A stretch of DNA of 62,838 nt, the filler included, from Platydemus manokwari (taxonomy: Eukaryota): the NCBI GenBank assembly GCA_037951405.1. It is 6 parts of 6 records of this genome, joined end to end, with 100 filler letters (N's around TTAATTAATTAA, not from the genome) between each part and the next. Parts side by side here need not be neighbours in the genome. Positions count along the whole stretch, not along the records: positions 32,932 to 43,243 come from JBBMOY011146216.1; positions 43,344 to 52,931 come from JBBMOY011214878.1; 4 more parts are not named here. The stretch is one strand, 5' to 3'. A model generated the notes under the pieces. The model saw nothing but the letters and a program-made list of their open reading frames with translations, searched no databases and had not been told where the DNA came from. The translations under genes were made by a program, and so were the position numbers. Below, piece after piece: positions 39,446 to 53,031 of the stretch; the stretch's first letter is position 1; every line of letters begins with the position of its first letter.

Positions 39446-42400
39446 GTACTTGAGTGATTAATTTAAATTATAATTTTAATTAAAAGAAATAATATGATTT
39501 TATATATTAAGTTACAAATGTGTTTAATAGTTATGTTAACATTTCGGTTTAATTTAAAGCCGGCGATTTTCCATGTGATAATAAAGATTTTTTGAAGACA
39601 ATTTTGTTATTAAAATTAATTCAAGGTCAACAATTGTTGGATATGATACATAAATAAACACAAGAATAGGAAATAAAATCAACAATGGCTGTCTGAGAAA
39701 ATATCACAATTCAAAGAACAGTTAAATTGAATGCAAAAAGCAAGATAGTTCAAAAACACGAGAGAATGTTATTCTGAATGAGATAAAATTTGTCATGATA
39801 ATTGTCGGTCAAACTTATCGAAAAAACCTCAATTTTGAACCAGAAACGAAAGCGACATAATAGGATACCAATTCTAGGCGGGAAAGACTATCGTCCTCAA
39901 AGAAATACATTGGTAGAAGACTATTCAGTTTACGCCATGAAATATTAGAACCAAAAAGAAAAAGTGCATATTGGTAATAGTTCTTAGATAAATATTGATA
40001 GTGACACTTTAAAAGATACAGAAATGCTTTATATCAAGAGGAACACGCTTTTACTGATTATGTCTCATTAAGAGAAGGGTGAATAAGAATCAAGATGTTG
40101 AATTATATTGAAAAATTAATGCACACATTTCATCACTGGAATTGAGATAATAAAAATTAAGAAAAATTAAATTGAGTTTAGAGATTATGCGATACTTAAA
40201 AGAAAGAATAAATAAAAGTAAATCATGATGGTGAACGACAATGAAGTAGAGATAAGACAATTATGATTGAATATTATTGCAAATAATACGAATAACATGA
40301 ACTTGAAAAGTTTTTGGTGCTCAATGGCCAGAGTCTTTAATAATTTATGAATGGCTATATTGAGTATAAAACATCAAGTACGTAGTGAAAGTAATTTACC
40401 AACGTAACAGAAATTACTTGAGAGTTAATTACAAAATTGTCGCACATGAGAAAGGAAATAATCTTACCGTTTTGGTCAAGTTTGACATGTGTGATCTTTT
40501 AAAACGTTTTTGTCTATTTAAAAGATATTGTCAATTAGCCATGGATGTTCAGAGTAATTAAATGAGTCTTGAATGCGTGCTTGTTTATCACAAAAATATA
40601 AATCAGATTAGATTAAAAGAAAAACAAATTTAAGTCCGTAAGTTCATTATTTCTAGAATAAATTGTTGCGAATGAACAATGTTCGTTCTACTAAGAATAT
40701 AAAATACTAATTATTGATAAATTTAGTAATTTGTTAAGACTAACAATCTTAGTAAACACATAATGAAAGAGGTAGTTTTCTAGACGATTCTTAATATAAC
40801 TAAGAATTTTGGTGAATAATGGCAAGTTTTATGAAACCAGGATTATCTTTTTATCGATAACAATTATATAAGGTTACAAAGAAAATTATTTTAACATTAC
40901 AGAAACACAAAAAAGCTCTGAGAATTTTAAAATAATAAATAAATCAACTTTTAAATAAGAAATTAATTTATCATAAACATAACAACAACTAATATAATTT
41001 GTCTGAATATTTCTATTAGACATCTTTTGCGGGTTGAACTTCTTAAATTTTTTTCAATTCTAATTTATTGAAATGGTTTAAATTACTAGCAAGGCTCAAC
41101 CTTTTTATCATTGAAACGCAACACAATGAGACAAATTCCTTACCTTTCCAGTGATTTTAGATGGAAAATCACTATTCATATCGAAAATGGAATTGAAAGC
41201 ACATTGTTGCATTATATTTTTACTAGTTCGAGATAAAATTCAGACCTATCTACCTATTGTGGTCTAACAGATGCACAGCTCATATTTTTATTATATCTTT
41301 TACTATAGACCAATCATCTTACATTTAATTTCAAATAATATCATACCACAATCTAAATCATCCACTCAGTTTACTTAACAAAACTGGTTGATGATCTAAT
41401 AATTTTGACCAAACAATAATTAAAGATCGTCAATTTGAAATGAACTGTTTTTGTTGGATTATTCAAATGTTTTATTTAATTTGCCATTTTTATATTGCTT
41501 TATTTTTTTAAATCAGCTTTGATACTTAATTTATTCAGCTTTAAAAATTGGCTGTATGGTAGTTTTTTTTAGTTTAATTTTGTCTCAATTTAATTCTTAA
41601 TAGATGTAAATAATATTAATATTTATTTATTCAAAAGTATTTACTAATACATTCGGATTTAAACAAATACAGGCACACACAGACACACACATATATATAT
41701 ATTCATTAAATAAATACCATTGTATGAAGGGAGAGAAAATTGGTCTACTCAGTACTACAACAAGTCTTGCCAAGAAAGTATTACAAGAGATTACATAATC
41801 TCATTACACTGAAAGATATTTGTTTATAAGAATAATTGATTTATTGATTTATTTTAACAGTGAATTTTGAAATAAACTTAACAATCAATGAAAGTAAGAA
41901 TATTCCTACTAATTGCTTGTCATTAAGCCTAATTGCTTAGTATTTTTTAATAATAATAACCACTGACTTTTTCTTCGAAAAGTAAGAACATCAACATGAA
42001 TTGAGAATTCACTTGCTGTTATTATGATTGGCGTTTCACTTTGTAACTGAAACGTTTTGTTTATTTTCCTATTATCATATCATTTATTTCACCTCATTTC
42101 TAATAATAAATAACAATTCGGAGCGTTTCTTCAATATCTTTTATTGTTTACATTAATTTTTGTCTAACTAACCAACACCAAATATAATAATAAAAGTCAA
42201 GAAACAACATCAAACATTTAAGGTGGAAAAACAAACTCTTATAAAAGGCTGATAAATTTAATCTGAACGAAGACTCGTAAAAATTCGAGTGATTTAAATA
42301 GGATCGACAAGTTGGAATACAATTTCTCAGTTGAATTAGACCCGATGATATTGAATGATCTAAACGGTGAAACGGATTTATTTGAAGGATATTTTTGTTT

Positions 42401-43343
42401 CGTGTATTTTAAAGAATTTTCGTAACAGGGCATACTAAATAATGCTTATAGCTCTCAAACACACCATTTTTAGCGTAGATTAGGTTGAAAACTTTCGTTT
42501 TTTTAAGTGTGTTGATTATTGGTTGATCAAGTAAAATATCTGCCTAATTTAATTACGTTAGTGTTGATCGCTATATTGTGTTGCCGCTTTTTAACCGTGG
42601 AGTGTTATAGATATTTCAAAAATAGACCCTTCGCAACTATTTGAACTTCGTTAAAATCGGTATGTTATATCGTAGTTTCATCCAATTCATTGTTAAGGTT
42701 CTTTATAAATTGATGTATAGTGTAGAATCACAATCCATTTATAATTTTTATTTTATTATTGTTTGTATCGCTGTTAATTGTTAATAAATATTTTTAGCAG
42801 TAAGCCTTAGGAATTATAAATAATAGGAATTATAAATAAAATAGGAATTATAAATCATTGTTCATTTTCATTAGTATCACAGTTCATTGTTTAAATAAGT
42901 CGGGACTAATGGATAAAATATATCACTATTGCCACACATATTATCTTCAAGATTCAACAACATCAAATACATTACACCAGTAGCCTTAATCAAAACCTCA
43001 TAGAAACTTATTAAATCAATAGTGATATTAAATAGAATTATTCTTAGTAAACAATAAAATTAATAAGGCCCGAACATAACATGTTTATCATACCACTATT
43101 TGGTCTGCTTAATTTTGGTTTCTTTATTTTAATTGGTAAATATGATTCCATTGTTTTAGTAAACTGATTTTTTTGTTTGAAGTAATTCATTTTCAAAAAT
43201 AGAAACCTACTTTTATTTTATAATTCTGTATTATAAGCCATTANNNNNNNNNNNNNNNNNNNNNNNNNNNNNNNNNNNNNNNNNNNNTTAATTAATTAAN
43301 NNNNNNNNNNNNNNNNNNNNNNNNNNNNNNNNNNNNNNNNNNN

Positions 43344-44990
43344 ATACCTAATTTCTCGATAGAAATTAGCTCGGTTAAGGTGTGAGCTCACGCTGATGAT
43401 AATGCTTTGATTGCAAATAATATTCTTGATTTTTAAAAATTCATTTTTTAAAGCTCTTGAAATAAATGAATGGGTTGGTTTACAAAACCGCCCAGAAAAA
43501 TGTTCTTTTATAAGTTTACCACACGAAAACAATGATGATGTAATATCTATTAATAACATAAATATTAAAAGATTATTGACTGAAGAATTTTACATGTATC
43601 TCCTTACGAGATTTTGAACAAACTTGTAATCGATATTGGAAAAATTGTTAACCCTGATTTATGGATTTGGCAAAAGACTCGCACATGCTTTCAAAAGTAG
43701 CGAAATAAAAATTTCTTCGCTTAAAGAGAGAAGTAGTAAGATACAAACATATAATAAGCAATTACTTCATTTGCCACATCGGGTGAAACTTGTTATATTT
43801 ATTAGTTTATAATAAATGGTGTTGTTGGACTAACTGGAATAATTGATGAATATCACATACAGTGCATCGTCCAAGCATCTCGTCTTTTGAACTCTGATTG
43901 TTAACTTACAAAAATAATTATCTCTGATTCACTTTACTTTGTTTCTTCTACAAGACTTTGTATTATAAATCCATCAATTGGTGAAAGCCTGGAATGGATC
44001 AATGAAAAAAATCTCTCCAAAACCCTGCCTCTAAAAGAACATGATGGATGCGTGCTATCGACGCAGTGAAATATTAAAATAAGCTTGATCTTTGAATTTG
44101 TTAAAAAACGAAGCTTATTTAAGAATGAAATCTGGATCTTGTGACACTTACAACTTTACCCCTCGTAATCGTAAACATATATCCCTTGATTTGCACCGAT
44201 TGATTCAAGCATCTTATTTGTCAAGGTGGCTTGATAGTAAACGCAGTAACTTTATTGCAGATATAATTAGACTCTCTCCACGTATTAATAAGATGATTTT
44301 TCGAGGTGACATGAAAGCTTTTGAATTTATATTTATTGAAGAAATGAAGAAAGTCAAAAATTATAGACGTTGCAACAATTTTAAAGAAGCCATGTCACAT
44401 GTTCTACAATGTTGTAATCATTTGCAAAGAAAGACAGACGGTTTGTCATGATGCACGTCTAAACAAAATTGTTAAGAGTCTCCGTTCAAAGGACATCATT
44501 GTAGTGGTCAACCAAATATGTTCCCTGTTACCAAATAGCAAAGAAGGTTTTGATAATAACCAATGCCGAGAAGAAAAAGATTTTTATTGTAGACATGAAA
44601 TGTCCAATTCGTACGTTGAAAAACTTTGAGCAATAGGATAAAAATAATATAACTCACTAAACCGATTTTAGAAACGAGCTGGCCAAACGGAAACCTGCAT
44701 TATAGGCTCCTTGATACAGTTCATGCCTCAACTGAAGCAATTTTAGCAAAAATTGGAGTGCCAAACACAAAAATCCAAAGCTTGGTCTAAGAATGCGCAA
44801 ATAAAAAACATTCAGCAAAAATAAGGCATTTCCACTCGATTAGTGTTCCGATAGATTTCATCTTATCTATAAAACATTCAAAACTGTTTCAACTCCAAGA
44901 GAGCCGAAATGAGTGAAAGACGAAAGCAACATTGTAACATTCCATGCCTTTACTGAGCCTATGACGTCACAAATGAAAAGCCTCTAGATC
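43344..44990 (+). mobile_element. RLE-type non-LTR retrotransposon (NeSL/R2-like) 3' half, pseudogenised
   Basis: RT end VGLQNRPEKC..YMYL; CCHC knuckle RRCNNFKEAMSHVLQCC; HDARLNKIV (cf. RHN/RHD); endonuclease DMKCP; IIGSL. Confidence 0.75.
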
Positions 44991-45067
44991 CAAGCAGGTC
45001 AAAATCTATCCTAAAAAATGAACCATACTTGTATTTTAATAAATCTTATGGCACAATAATAATTATA

Positions 45068-45338
45068 NNNNNNNNNNNNNNNNNNNNNNNNNNNNNNNNN
45101 NNNNNNNNNNNNNNNNNNNNNNNNNNNNNNNNNNNNNNNNNNNNNNNNNNNNNNNNNNNNNNNNNNNNNNNNNNNNNNNNNNNNNNNNNNNNNNNNNNNN
45201 NNNNNNNNNNNNNNNNNNNNNNNNNNNNNNNNNNNNNNNNNNNNNNNNNNNNNNNNNNNNNNNNNNNNNNNNNNNNNNNNNNNNNNNNNNNNNNNNNNNN
45301 NNNNNNNNNNNNNNNNNNNNNNNNNNNNNNNNNNNNNN
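45068..45338. other. Assembly gap (271 N)
   Basis: Run of N without the linker 12-mer. Confidence 0.99.
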
Positions 45339-46210
45339 AACATCGCAAGTCTATTAATAACTAAATTTGAAGATTTGATAACACTGTAGGCGGTGCCTGT
45401 TTCTGTTATCAGTTATGAAATTATCAATGTATCAATTGAAAGTGAAGACACTGTTATTTGATAGATAATTTTATCTATTTTATTTTTCGATAATGAGATA
45501 GTTGATCCGATATATTAATATTGTGTTGAGCTCATTATATTAATAAATACAGAACGACATTTTGTGATTGAGTTTTATTCATGGGCTAGTATCTGTTAAT
45601 ACATAATGGTTTTTTGTGGCGAAATGGATAAAATATTATTTATTAGAAAGAGCGAAATGAAACTTACTAAAAAATCGAAAACTGCTGAAAGATAATCGAG
45701 AAATATATGTGAAAATACGATACGGATTCTGACTGACATTGCCTTGTAATATCATTGCGAAATATCGCTGCCTGATGTACAGCTCATTATTCTAACCGTC
45801 CTTTTTTAAACAATATAATGTTGGACATCTCATTGATGCTGTTCTCTTTCAATATGTGTGAGTTGCTCTCGTTTATAATGCAGTTCTTATTTCCATGATA
45901 CTTGTGATGGTTTGTTGAGAAGAATAATTCTAAATTAAATTATGTAGTTGGCCTAGACCACCTGTCACACGTTGGTTTCATATCACCATATTCATTGCAA
46001 CATCATTTTCTCAGGGTGTGTGGGGTTACATGCTTTACTTTCTTAGAATAACCTTCCAAAACCATTAATCTTTCGAATACTATAAATTGAGAGTCAAAAC
46101 TTGATTGTGCTATCATAAATAATTTCGACCGGAATTAAAAAGTTCGTTTAAAACCAATCATTATATTTATGCTACAGATTTTGTTTGATTTGTCATTATT
46201 CTTATTGCAG

Positions 46211-46445
46211 TACAATTACGAAAGAGGACTTCAGCAAACGAATGTCGATCGAAGTATGGGATTGGGACAGGACTTCAAGAAACGATTTCATGGGTTCGTT
46301 GTCTTTTGGTATTAGTGAGTTGGTCAAGCAGCCTGTTGATAGTTGGTTCAAGTTATTATCCATCGAAGAAGGTGAATTCTACTCAATCCCAGTAGCCGAC
46401 GATTTAAATGTAGCCTCGGTTGCAGATTTGAAAGCCAAATTTGAG
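46211..46445 (+). CDS. PKC: Single internal exon of conventional protein kinase C (end of C2 domain)
   Basis: ttgcag|...|gtaaa exon encoding [52 protein letters not shown], the cPKC (alpha/beta/gamma) C2 signature. Confidence 0.92.
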
Positions 46446-47039
46446 GTAAAACATTATTTATTATGCGAGAATGAATATATTAAAATACAAATGGCTTGTT
46501 AGCTGGGTAAAATGCTGTTTGAAAACGAGATAAGACATTCAACACACAAAATACTCGAAACAATTTATGTATCATCATTGAAAATAGAGATTTCCATAGG
46601 ACGTAAAAGGAAAAATGACGAAAAAACAGAACAAATCATGTCGAGAAGCTTTCCCTAACACAGAAATATATGAAAGAACTCAGAAAAAGCTGAAAACCAA
46701 CAAACGTGGAAATTAAATATTAGATAAAAATTAGATAAAAATGCTATGATAAGATTAGTGAATAGATAAACATAGTGAGCAGAAGTATCAATCATAGTCA
46801 CTTGATATATCATAGGTTTCATTGACGTCGTAAATGAATTTTAAACAAATGGATCAGTTTTGTAATGATTTTCTTTTATGAGAATTCACTGATATTTGTT
46901 ATCATTTATTAATCGAAAGTGATAACCTATTGTTACTGCAGTACGGTTCTTTATCACCAAATATCTCTTATATTCTTATTATAAATAATATTTCGAATAA
47001 AACTTATAAGTTGTCTCTGCCATAATGGAAGTGTATATT

Positions 47040-47780
47040 TTTCAAAGAATATGACATACAAAATGCCATCCAATGAAAATCAAGACGACATTTTACTGAC
47101 AGAAGTCTCCAACAACGCGGACAAGACTGAAAAATATAAAATTAAACGACAAACGAAAGATTATTGTTTGCAAATCGTTTATGGAATATCTTATTTGTAT
47201 AGAAATAAACAGTAAAAAAATCGATATTAAAGATAAATCTGTATAAACATTCTGGTACGCCAGTGGTTCTTTTGAAAATCGATGTTTCTAAAATATACAA
47301 AATATCACAAAACCTGATTGATGGAGAAACAAAACCCTGAATTTTGGTGTACATCTGTTAGGAAATAGATTCAGAAAGGTTTGAAAAATTATTTAAAGAA
47401 AGAACGATGATTTTGAAATTGAAATCTCAAATTTTAATGGATTTAACTCTGATAGAAGAGATAAAAGATAAAGACAAAATACAATAAACCTATGATTCAG
47501 TATTGACGAGAGCTATTTCTTTGAAAATTTTTATAAGAAACACAATTCAAACGTAATTTATTTTCAACCCTTCCACCTGTCGAATAAATTTAACCACATA
47601 TTAAAGGATTAAAAAGATTTAGAAAGGTTTAAATAATGAGTCTCGATCGGAACAATCTCAAATCTAAAAGAGAAAATTTTATACTGTCACGTTTTCTAGT
47701 GAATTTCTTTAGATGATCCTCAAATTATTAAATAACCAACTGTTTATTGATGTAGTTTTAATCAGATTTGATCGGTATAC
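47040..47780 (+). mobile_element. MULE (Mutator-like) transposase remnant
   Basis: WYASGSF (cf. WxxDGTF), IDGETKP*ILV (cf. GxxxPxxxxL), QILMD, QPFHL (cf. CxFHL), in order. Confidence 0.4.
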
Positions 47781-48179
47781 TTCAATCTATTATTACTGTA
47801 GCAACATTTTAATTCGAGTTCTTGCAAGGCGCATTTAAGACGTGAGAGGTGAGGGTAATCTAGCAAAGACAAGAAAATACCAGACGAAAAATATTCTGAG
47901 TAGTTATTTTTTCATCGATCAAAACAATTAAATAAACATGAGACACCGCAGCGCCACTTGATACCATGATATGTTCAAATGTATCAACTAAGATAAAGTC
48001 GGTACAAAAGATAATAATTTTCAAACTGAAGCTATTTTTTTTTAAGTTTTTTCAATTTTTTATTATAAAATTTTCAACATGAATGACTTGTAGATGTCGT
48101 TACCGTTTAAAATTATTAAAAAAAAAACGTCTCCCATGCACTGGTTTAAACGATCTTAAATCGATATTTACAATTACAA

Positions 48180-48390
48180 TCTAATAATATAAAAGATGGA
48201 AATATTATTAATAATGATAATAATCATTATTATTGTTATTATTATTAATAATAATAATAGTTATACTAATAGCGAGGTGTGACAAAAGGTATCGATAATG
48301 GTGACAATGATAATAATGATAATAAAGTAATAATAATAATAACCATAATAAAAATATTGATAATTTTAATGATAATTATAGTAATAAAAA
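48180..48390. repeat. Degenerate (AAT)n/(ATT)n low-complexity tract
   Basis: Visible trinucleotide periodicity. Confidence 0.8.
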
Positions 48391-48830
48391 TTACTGGTCA
48401 CGCTTCAATAATTCGACAGGTACAATATGATTGGTTGATTTTTATTCTTTGTTTCTATGACGTCATTAAACATTTAGAGATTATTTCATTGATTAAATGG
48501 AAATATGACCCTAAAAACTGTCTAGGAATTCATCGTGAAAAAAGAAACAGTTGAAAAACCAAAGATGTATCAAATTCCATCCAAAATTAACTCGATATTT
48601 GTTAGTCAAGCATCAGTTATTCCTCTTGATAATTGAAATAATAATATTGAGTCTGAGCTAGGCTGTACCTAAATTTTTCGTTGAACTTGAATCCAATCGT
48701 CTTATCCGGTTGTCGCAGGGAAATAAGTCCAAATCTTTTCATAAAAATCTATATTTATATCACAAATAAGATTACACAAGGGTCAAGTTCTGAAATCGTT
48801 AATGCATTGCATTGTACAAAGAGAAAGTAA

Positions 48831-49346
48831 GTCGCTATTGCTTTAAAAACCACACATTAAAACAAACTGAAAAATCAAGGCACCGAAAATCTATTCCAAT
48901 ACAAATATTTAAACAAATCAATTTAATTTTATATAAAATTATAATTAAATTTGAATAAAAATTTAATTCTTTTAAAATATCTCACATCCCCCTTTCTTTA
49001 AAATCTTTCATTTTGTTAATTGCCTCTGTATCGAATACTCCACATATTTTATTACACGAAAACTCTAATTCTTCTACCTTTTAAAATCTTCTTTTACATG
49101 TCCATTATAACTTCTTTTATTACCCCATTTTTATCTCTTCTACAACTTCTTTATATTTTCTTTACATGTTCTCAATATAGTCTCAGCATCTTTCTCCTTC
49201 TTTTCTATAATTTTCAGTGGTTGATCTTTTCTGAATCGAATCCAGATGTGTGGTCACCATGTCAGCCGCTACTATTTTAAAAAACACATTAAAAACGAAC
49301 TGAAAAATTAAGACACCGAAAATCTATTTCAATACAAAAATTTAAC
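48831..49346. repeat. ~80-bp direct repeat pair (48831-48912, 49265-49346)
   Basis: g.cgcta...tttaaaaa.cacattaaaa..aactgaaaaat.aag.caccgaaaatctatt.caatacaaa.atttaa occurs twice. Confidence 0.8.
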
Positions 49347-49622
49347 GTTTTAGTAATGCCATACAATTGATTGATATTGGTGTGTACAGTATTGGTCATT
49401 GTTAAGTTTGAAAATTGAGAGAATGCTGAATATAAAAGATAACAACTTAAAAGTGACTGGTTCGAGTAGGATATTTGTTTTCACATTATTAAATGAATTT
49501 TTATTGTAAATAATTTATTTATTTTGAAAAATAATAAAAAAAATTCGAAGGCTTCTTGTTATGCATCAATCGATCTGGCATTTGTCTGTTGAATGCAGAT
49601 AACTCTTGTTTGAATCCTGGTT

Positions 49623-50635
49623 ATGATCGTGATATGTATTCCGCTATTACTGGCTGTGATATGTTAATTAGCGAATATATTGACTGGAATTTTACATTTA
49701 TCTGATTGGATTTGGAAGTCCATTTTACGTTCGAAATGGTTTAGAGATAGATAAATATTTGTTGAATGTGGATTCGTTTAGGAACAGCATTGGTTTATGT
49801 AAATATTGTTAAAATCTATCAAAAACATAAATTTTTCCAATGAATATTTCATATCGGTGAAATGTTTTAAATAAAATGACGCGAGTTGTTTTAATGGTTG
49901 TTTTAAATTGTTATAAATATAAAAGATAATTTATAATAATGATTATTATATTAAAATCATTAATAATATAATGTAGTATATGTAGTATATATATAGAAAG
50001 AGAGAGAGGAGGAGGAAGATAAGAAAGTATATAGAAAATTTAAAGAAGTTTTGAAGAAAGTAGTGGCTTAAAACACTGACAGTAATAATAATAAATAAAT
50101 AATTATTTTGCCAAATATTAAAAATAGCACTCAGTCAGCAATTATTTTGCTGTTTTGGAAATCGTTTTCATTCTTTATGAAACCATTCATCTGAGCTTAA
50201 AAATAGCATTGATATTTCCAGTCATTGAACACGTCTCAAACAGTATGTTTCTGTTTAAAATAATATCGCAGACATCAATATGAAATGTAAAGCCGCGTGA
50301 TGATTTTAATCTGTTTTGTAGTTATTTGCTTTTATAAATATCAAAGACGTCGATTTCGACCATATGTGATATCGTCTTCAAGGAGGATGAACCACGATAA
50401 TTTTCCAGATGTGTTTCCCCGTGCTTATTTCAAATATACCAAAACTGAAAGTCGAAATAAAGTAACTGGTATTGTTGCAAAACTGTGTTTTGCATATTTG
50501 GGAATCATGCTGGCATACCCGGATAAAGATTGTATTGTGTCTCCTAGCAATGTGCAAAGCATTCTTCAAGTGTTATGGTTGGAGTCGGGAGGACTGGTAT
50601 TAAACCGAAAGGCTAATAGCGATTGTTTATCCTAA
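49623..50635 (+). CDS. Putative spliced gene of unknown function with a hydrophobic segment followed by basic residues
   Basis: 49623-49662 spliced to 50322 gives MIVICIPLLLAVIFICFYKYQRRRFRPY; GC-richer islands bounded by ag/gt. Downstream structure is ambiguous. Confidence 0.3.
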
Positions 50636-51247
50636 CCTTTTAAATTAATTTCCTTTTTCATCACATTGATACCTTTCTTAAAAACCGGAAGATATCACCT
50701 ATGACATGTCAAAAGATGTCATTGAGATCTGAGTGAGAAAGAAACTCGATATCAATTTAGTACTATTATGAAATTAAAGGTAACCCAATTTATAAAGAAG
50801 TGTAAATTTATTCCTTTACTTTTAAAATTCACATGGAAAACGTCCTCTGTATTGATTCATACTTTTCTAATAACGAAACTCATTTATTCTCTAAGGTGTA
50901 AGATCAACTGATTTATATAATGAAACCAAAATGAAAATAAAAGTAGTAATAATAAATGCTAATATTTATTTTTATATAAAGATGATCTTCACGATGCGAT
51001 GGGATATCCCTCATCTCGGCTTTAAATTGGTAAAATTCAAGTTTTTGTATGGCTAGTTCCTTGTATATGGTCGCTAAGTTGATTTTCGATCTTAGGTTTG
51101 AATAAAATGGTAATGCAACTTGTTTTATTGCGCGTAAAAAATATGGATAATAATAATAATTAATATTATTATTATTAAAGTGATTGTGAAAAAATTTAAA
51201 TTTAAAAGGAAAAAATTAAAATAATTTTAAAAATGTATCATCTAAGA

Positions 51248-51475
51248 CAGGGGTCTCCAAAGTACGGCCCGCCAAGCTTACTATGAAACACATGAACATT
51301 ATGACAAAAATCTTGCTACAGATCACGGTTGTCTGATGAACATTTAAATGACTTATTAATGATTTCAACTACTCATTTTGAACCACAATTTTTGTAAACC
51401 TATCATAGTTTTGGCCCTCCAAATTTTAAAATATCAGCAATGTGGCCCTTTGCTGAAAAAGTTTGGAGACCCCTG
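51248..51475. mobile_element. Non-autonomous hAT (Buster/Charlie-type) MITE, 228 bp
   Basis: Perfect 14-bp TIR CAGGGGTCTCCAAA...TTTGGAGACCCCTG; subterminal GGCCC motifs; 8-bp flanks atcTAaga / gtaTAaat share the central TA of Buster targets. Confidence 0.88.
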
Positions 51476-52838
51476 GTATAAATTGTTGAAAGATATTAGA
51501 TAAAATTACACAAATTTTTTGTTTAAATTCATTAGATAATAAGTATTATGGAAATAATTTTATTTTACATTATGTTTTCATGTTTTAGGATGCCAAAGTG
51601 CGTACGCGTTAGGCTACCCCTTTTAAATAGATTCCGTACTTTAAATTATTTATTTTAATTAAATAAACATTATTATTTCATTTTGTTTTGATTCAATACC
51701 CATTTAGTTATATTCCTCATATATAACATAAACAATAGAAATAAAGTATTCATAATTCACGCTGCTTTAATAATAATATTTTTTGCAAATTGTGCATTTA
51801 CACTATAAAAGTAGAAAACCTACTTTATTGTCCATTTCTTCATAACATTTTGCAAAGAGCTCCTACGAATAAAATTATTTATTTGCTCAACATTGGTGTA
51901 ATATCCATGTAAATAGTTAAGTAAATGTATACATTGGAAGAGAAATAATAATCTGATACTTTTAATTTGTTGCGGTAAATCCTACAATGAGTACAAGCGT
52001 ATATGCTATTTAATTACGAAATCAAAAAATTTAATGCAAGTAACCAGACTCATAAAAGATAAATATAGGATTCTTCATCAAGCCAATTATAATTTGATTA
52101 AAACTAAAATTTATTAAACTAGCTGATGATTCATTGCAAATCGAGATTGCATATTTTAAACAAAAATTGTTAATTACTGTGCAAAGTTATAAAAACCACG
52201 GTAACCTTAACGTTAATTTAATCCTTATATTTTATTTCATTAATATTACGATTATCTCCAATTTGAATATTGATTTTATTGAGCTGTGCCTAAAAATAAT
52301 AATCATTGTCTAATACGTTAATTTAATTTTTTTCAGTTTTAATTGAATAATTATTTATTATATTCAAAATATTTTAAAATGTAGAAAGATTATTCGTCTG
52401 TTTCAAGCATTTACAATTATTAATAAATAAGCGTGGTAATATGTTGACTGAAATATTTTGTTTTCGTTAACAAATTTTAAAAAGTACAAACTTAATTCTT
52501 GCAATAATAATCGAGGAATGATAAATTTTAAAACAGATTAAGTATCTCAGTAGGATATGAAAATCAAATTAGTAATTCGAAGCATTTAAGAAATGTAGGT
52601 CAAGGTCACAACTAAACAAATGTTTCAAATACATTCACAAGTAGCTAACTCAAAACAAAATCCAAAACAAATTTAATATTTTATTAAGACTAAAAATTTA
52701 TAATTATATGAAAAATAAATATTTTGAAGTGACTTTAACAAAAACAAACTTTGGACATCCTATAAAATTTTCAGACGAAAATAAAATAAATTAAACACCA
52801 TAGAACAACTAAATCCAAATTTTATTCTACATCAAAAG

Positions 52839-52931
52839 TTATTTTTTCTTTTGGGCAGCCTTTGTAGTTTTGCCTTCAACAGCTTTCTTTGTAACCTCCT
52901 TGATTACCCCGACGGCTACAGTCTGTTTCAT
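52839..52931 (-). CDS. EEF1A: 3' end of translation elongation factor 1-alpha, cut by spacer
   Basis: Minus strand reads MKQTVAVGVIKEVTKKAVEGKTTKAAQKKK*, the EF1A C-terminus; AATAAA on the minus strand at 52821-52826. Confidence 0.92.
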   Translation of the reverse strand: MKQTVAVGVIKEVTKKAVEGKTTKAAQKKK

Positions 52932-53031
52932 NNNNNNNNNNNNNNNNNNNNNNNNNNNNNNNNNNNNNNNNNNNNTTAATTAATTAANNNNNNNNNNNNN
53001 NNNNNNNNNNNNNNNNNNNNNNNNNNNNNNN

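Noticed and set aside
41161-41226. Candidate next exon of the ankyrin gene
   Set aside because: Short, stops quickly and has no ankyrin or ANKRD42 similarity.
45011-45364. ORFs made of X
   Set aside because: Translation through an N gap.
49225-49280. B-box-like GGATTCGATTC on the minus strand (also TTCGAATCCC at ~20710 and GGTTCGAG at ~49459)
   Set aside because: No cloverleaf or properly spaced A box could be built, so no tRNA or SINE call.
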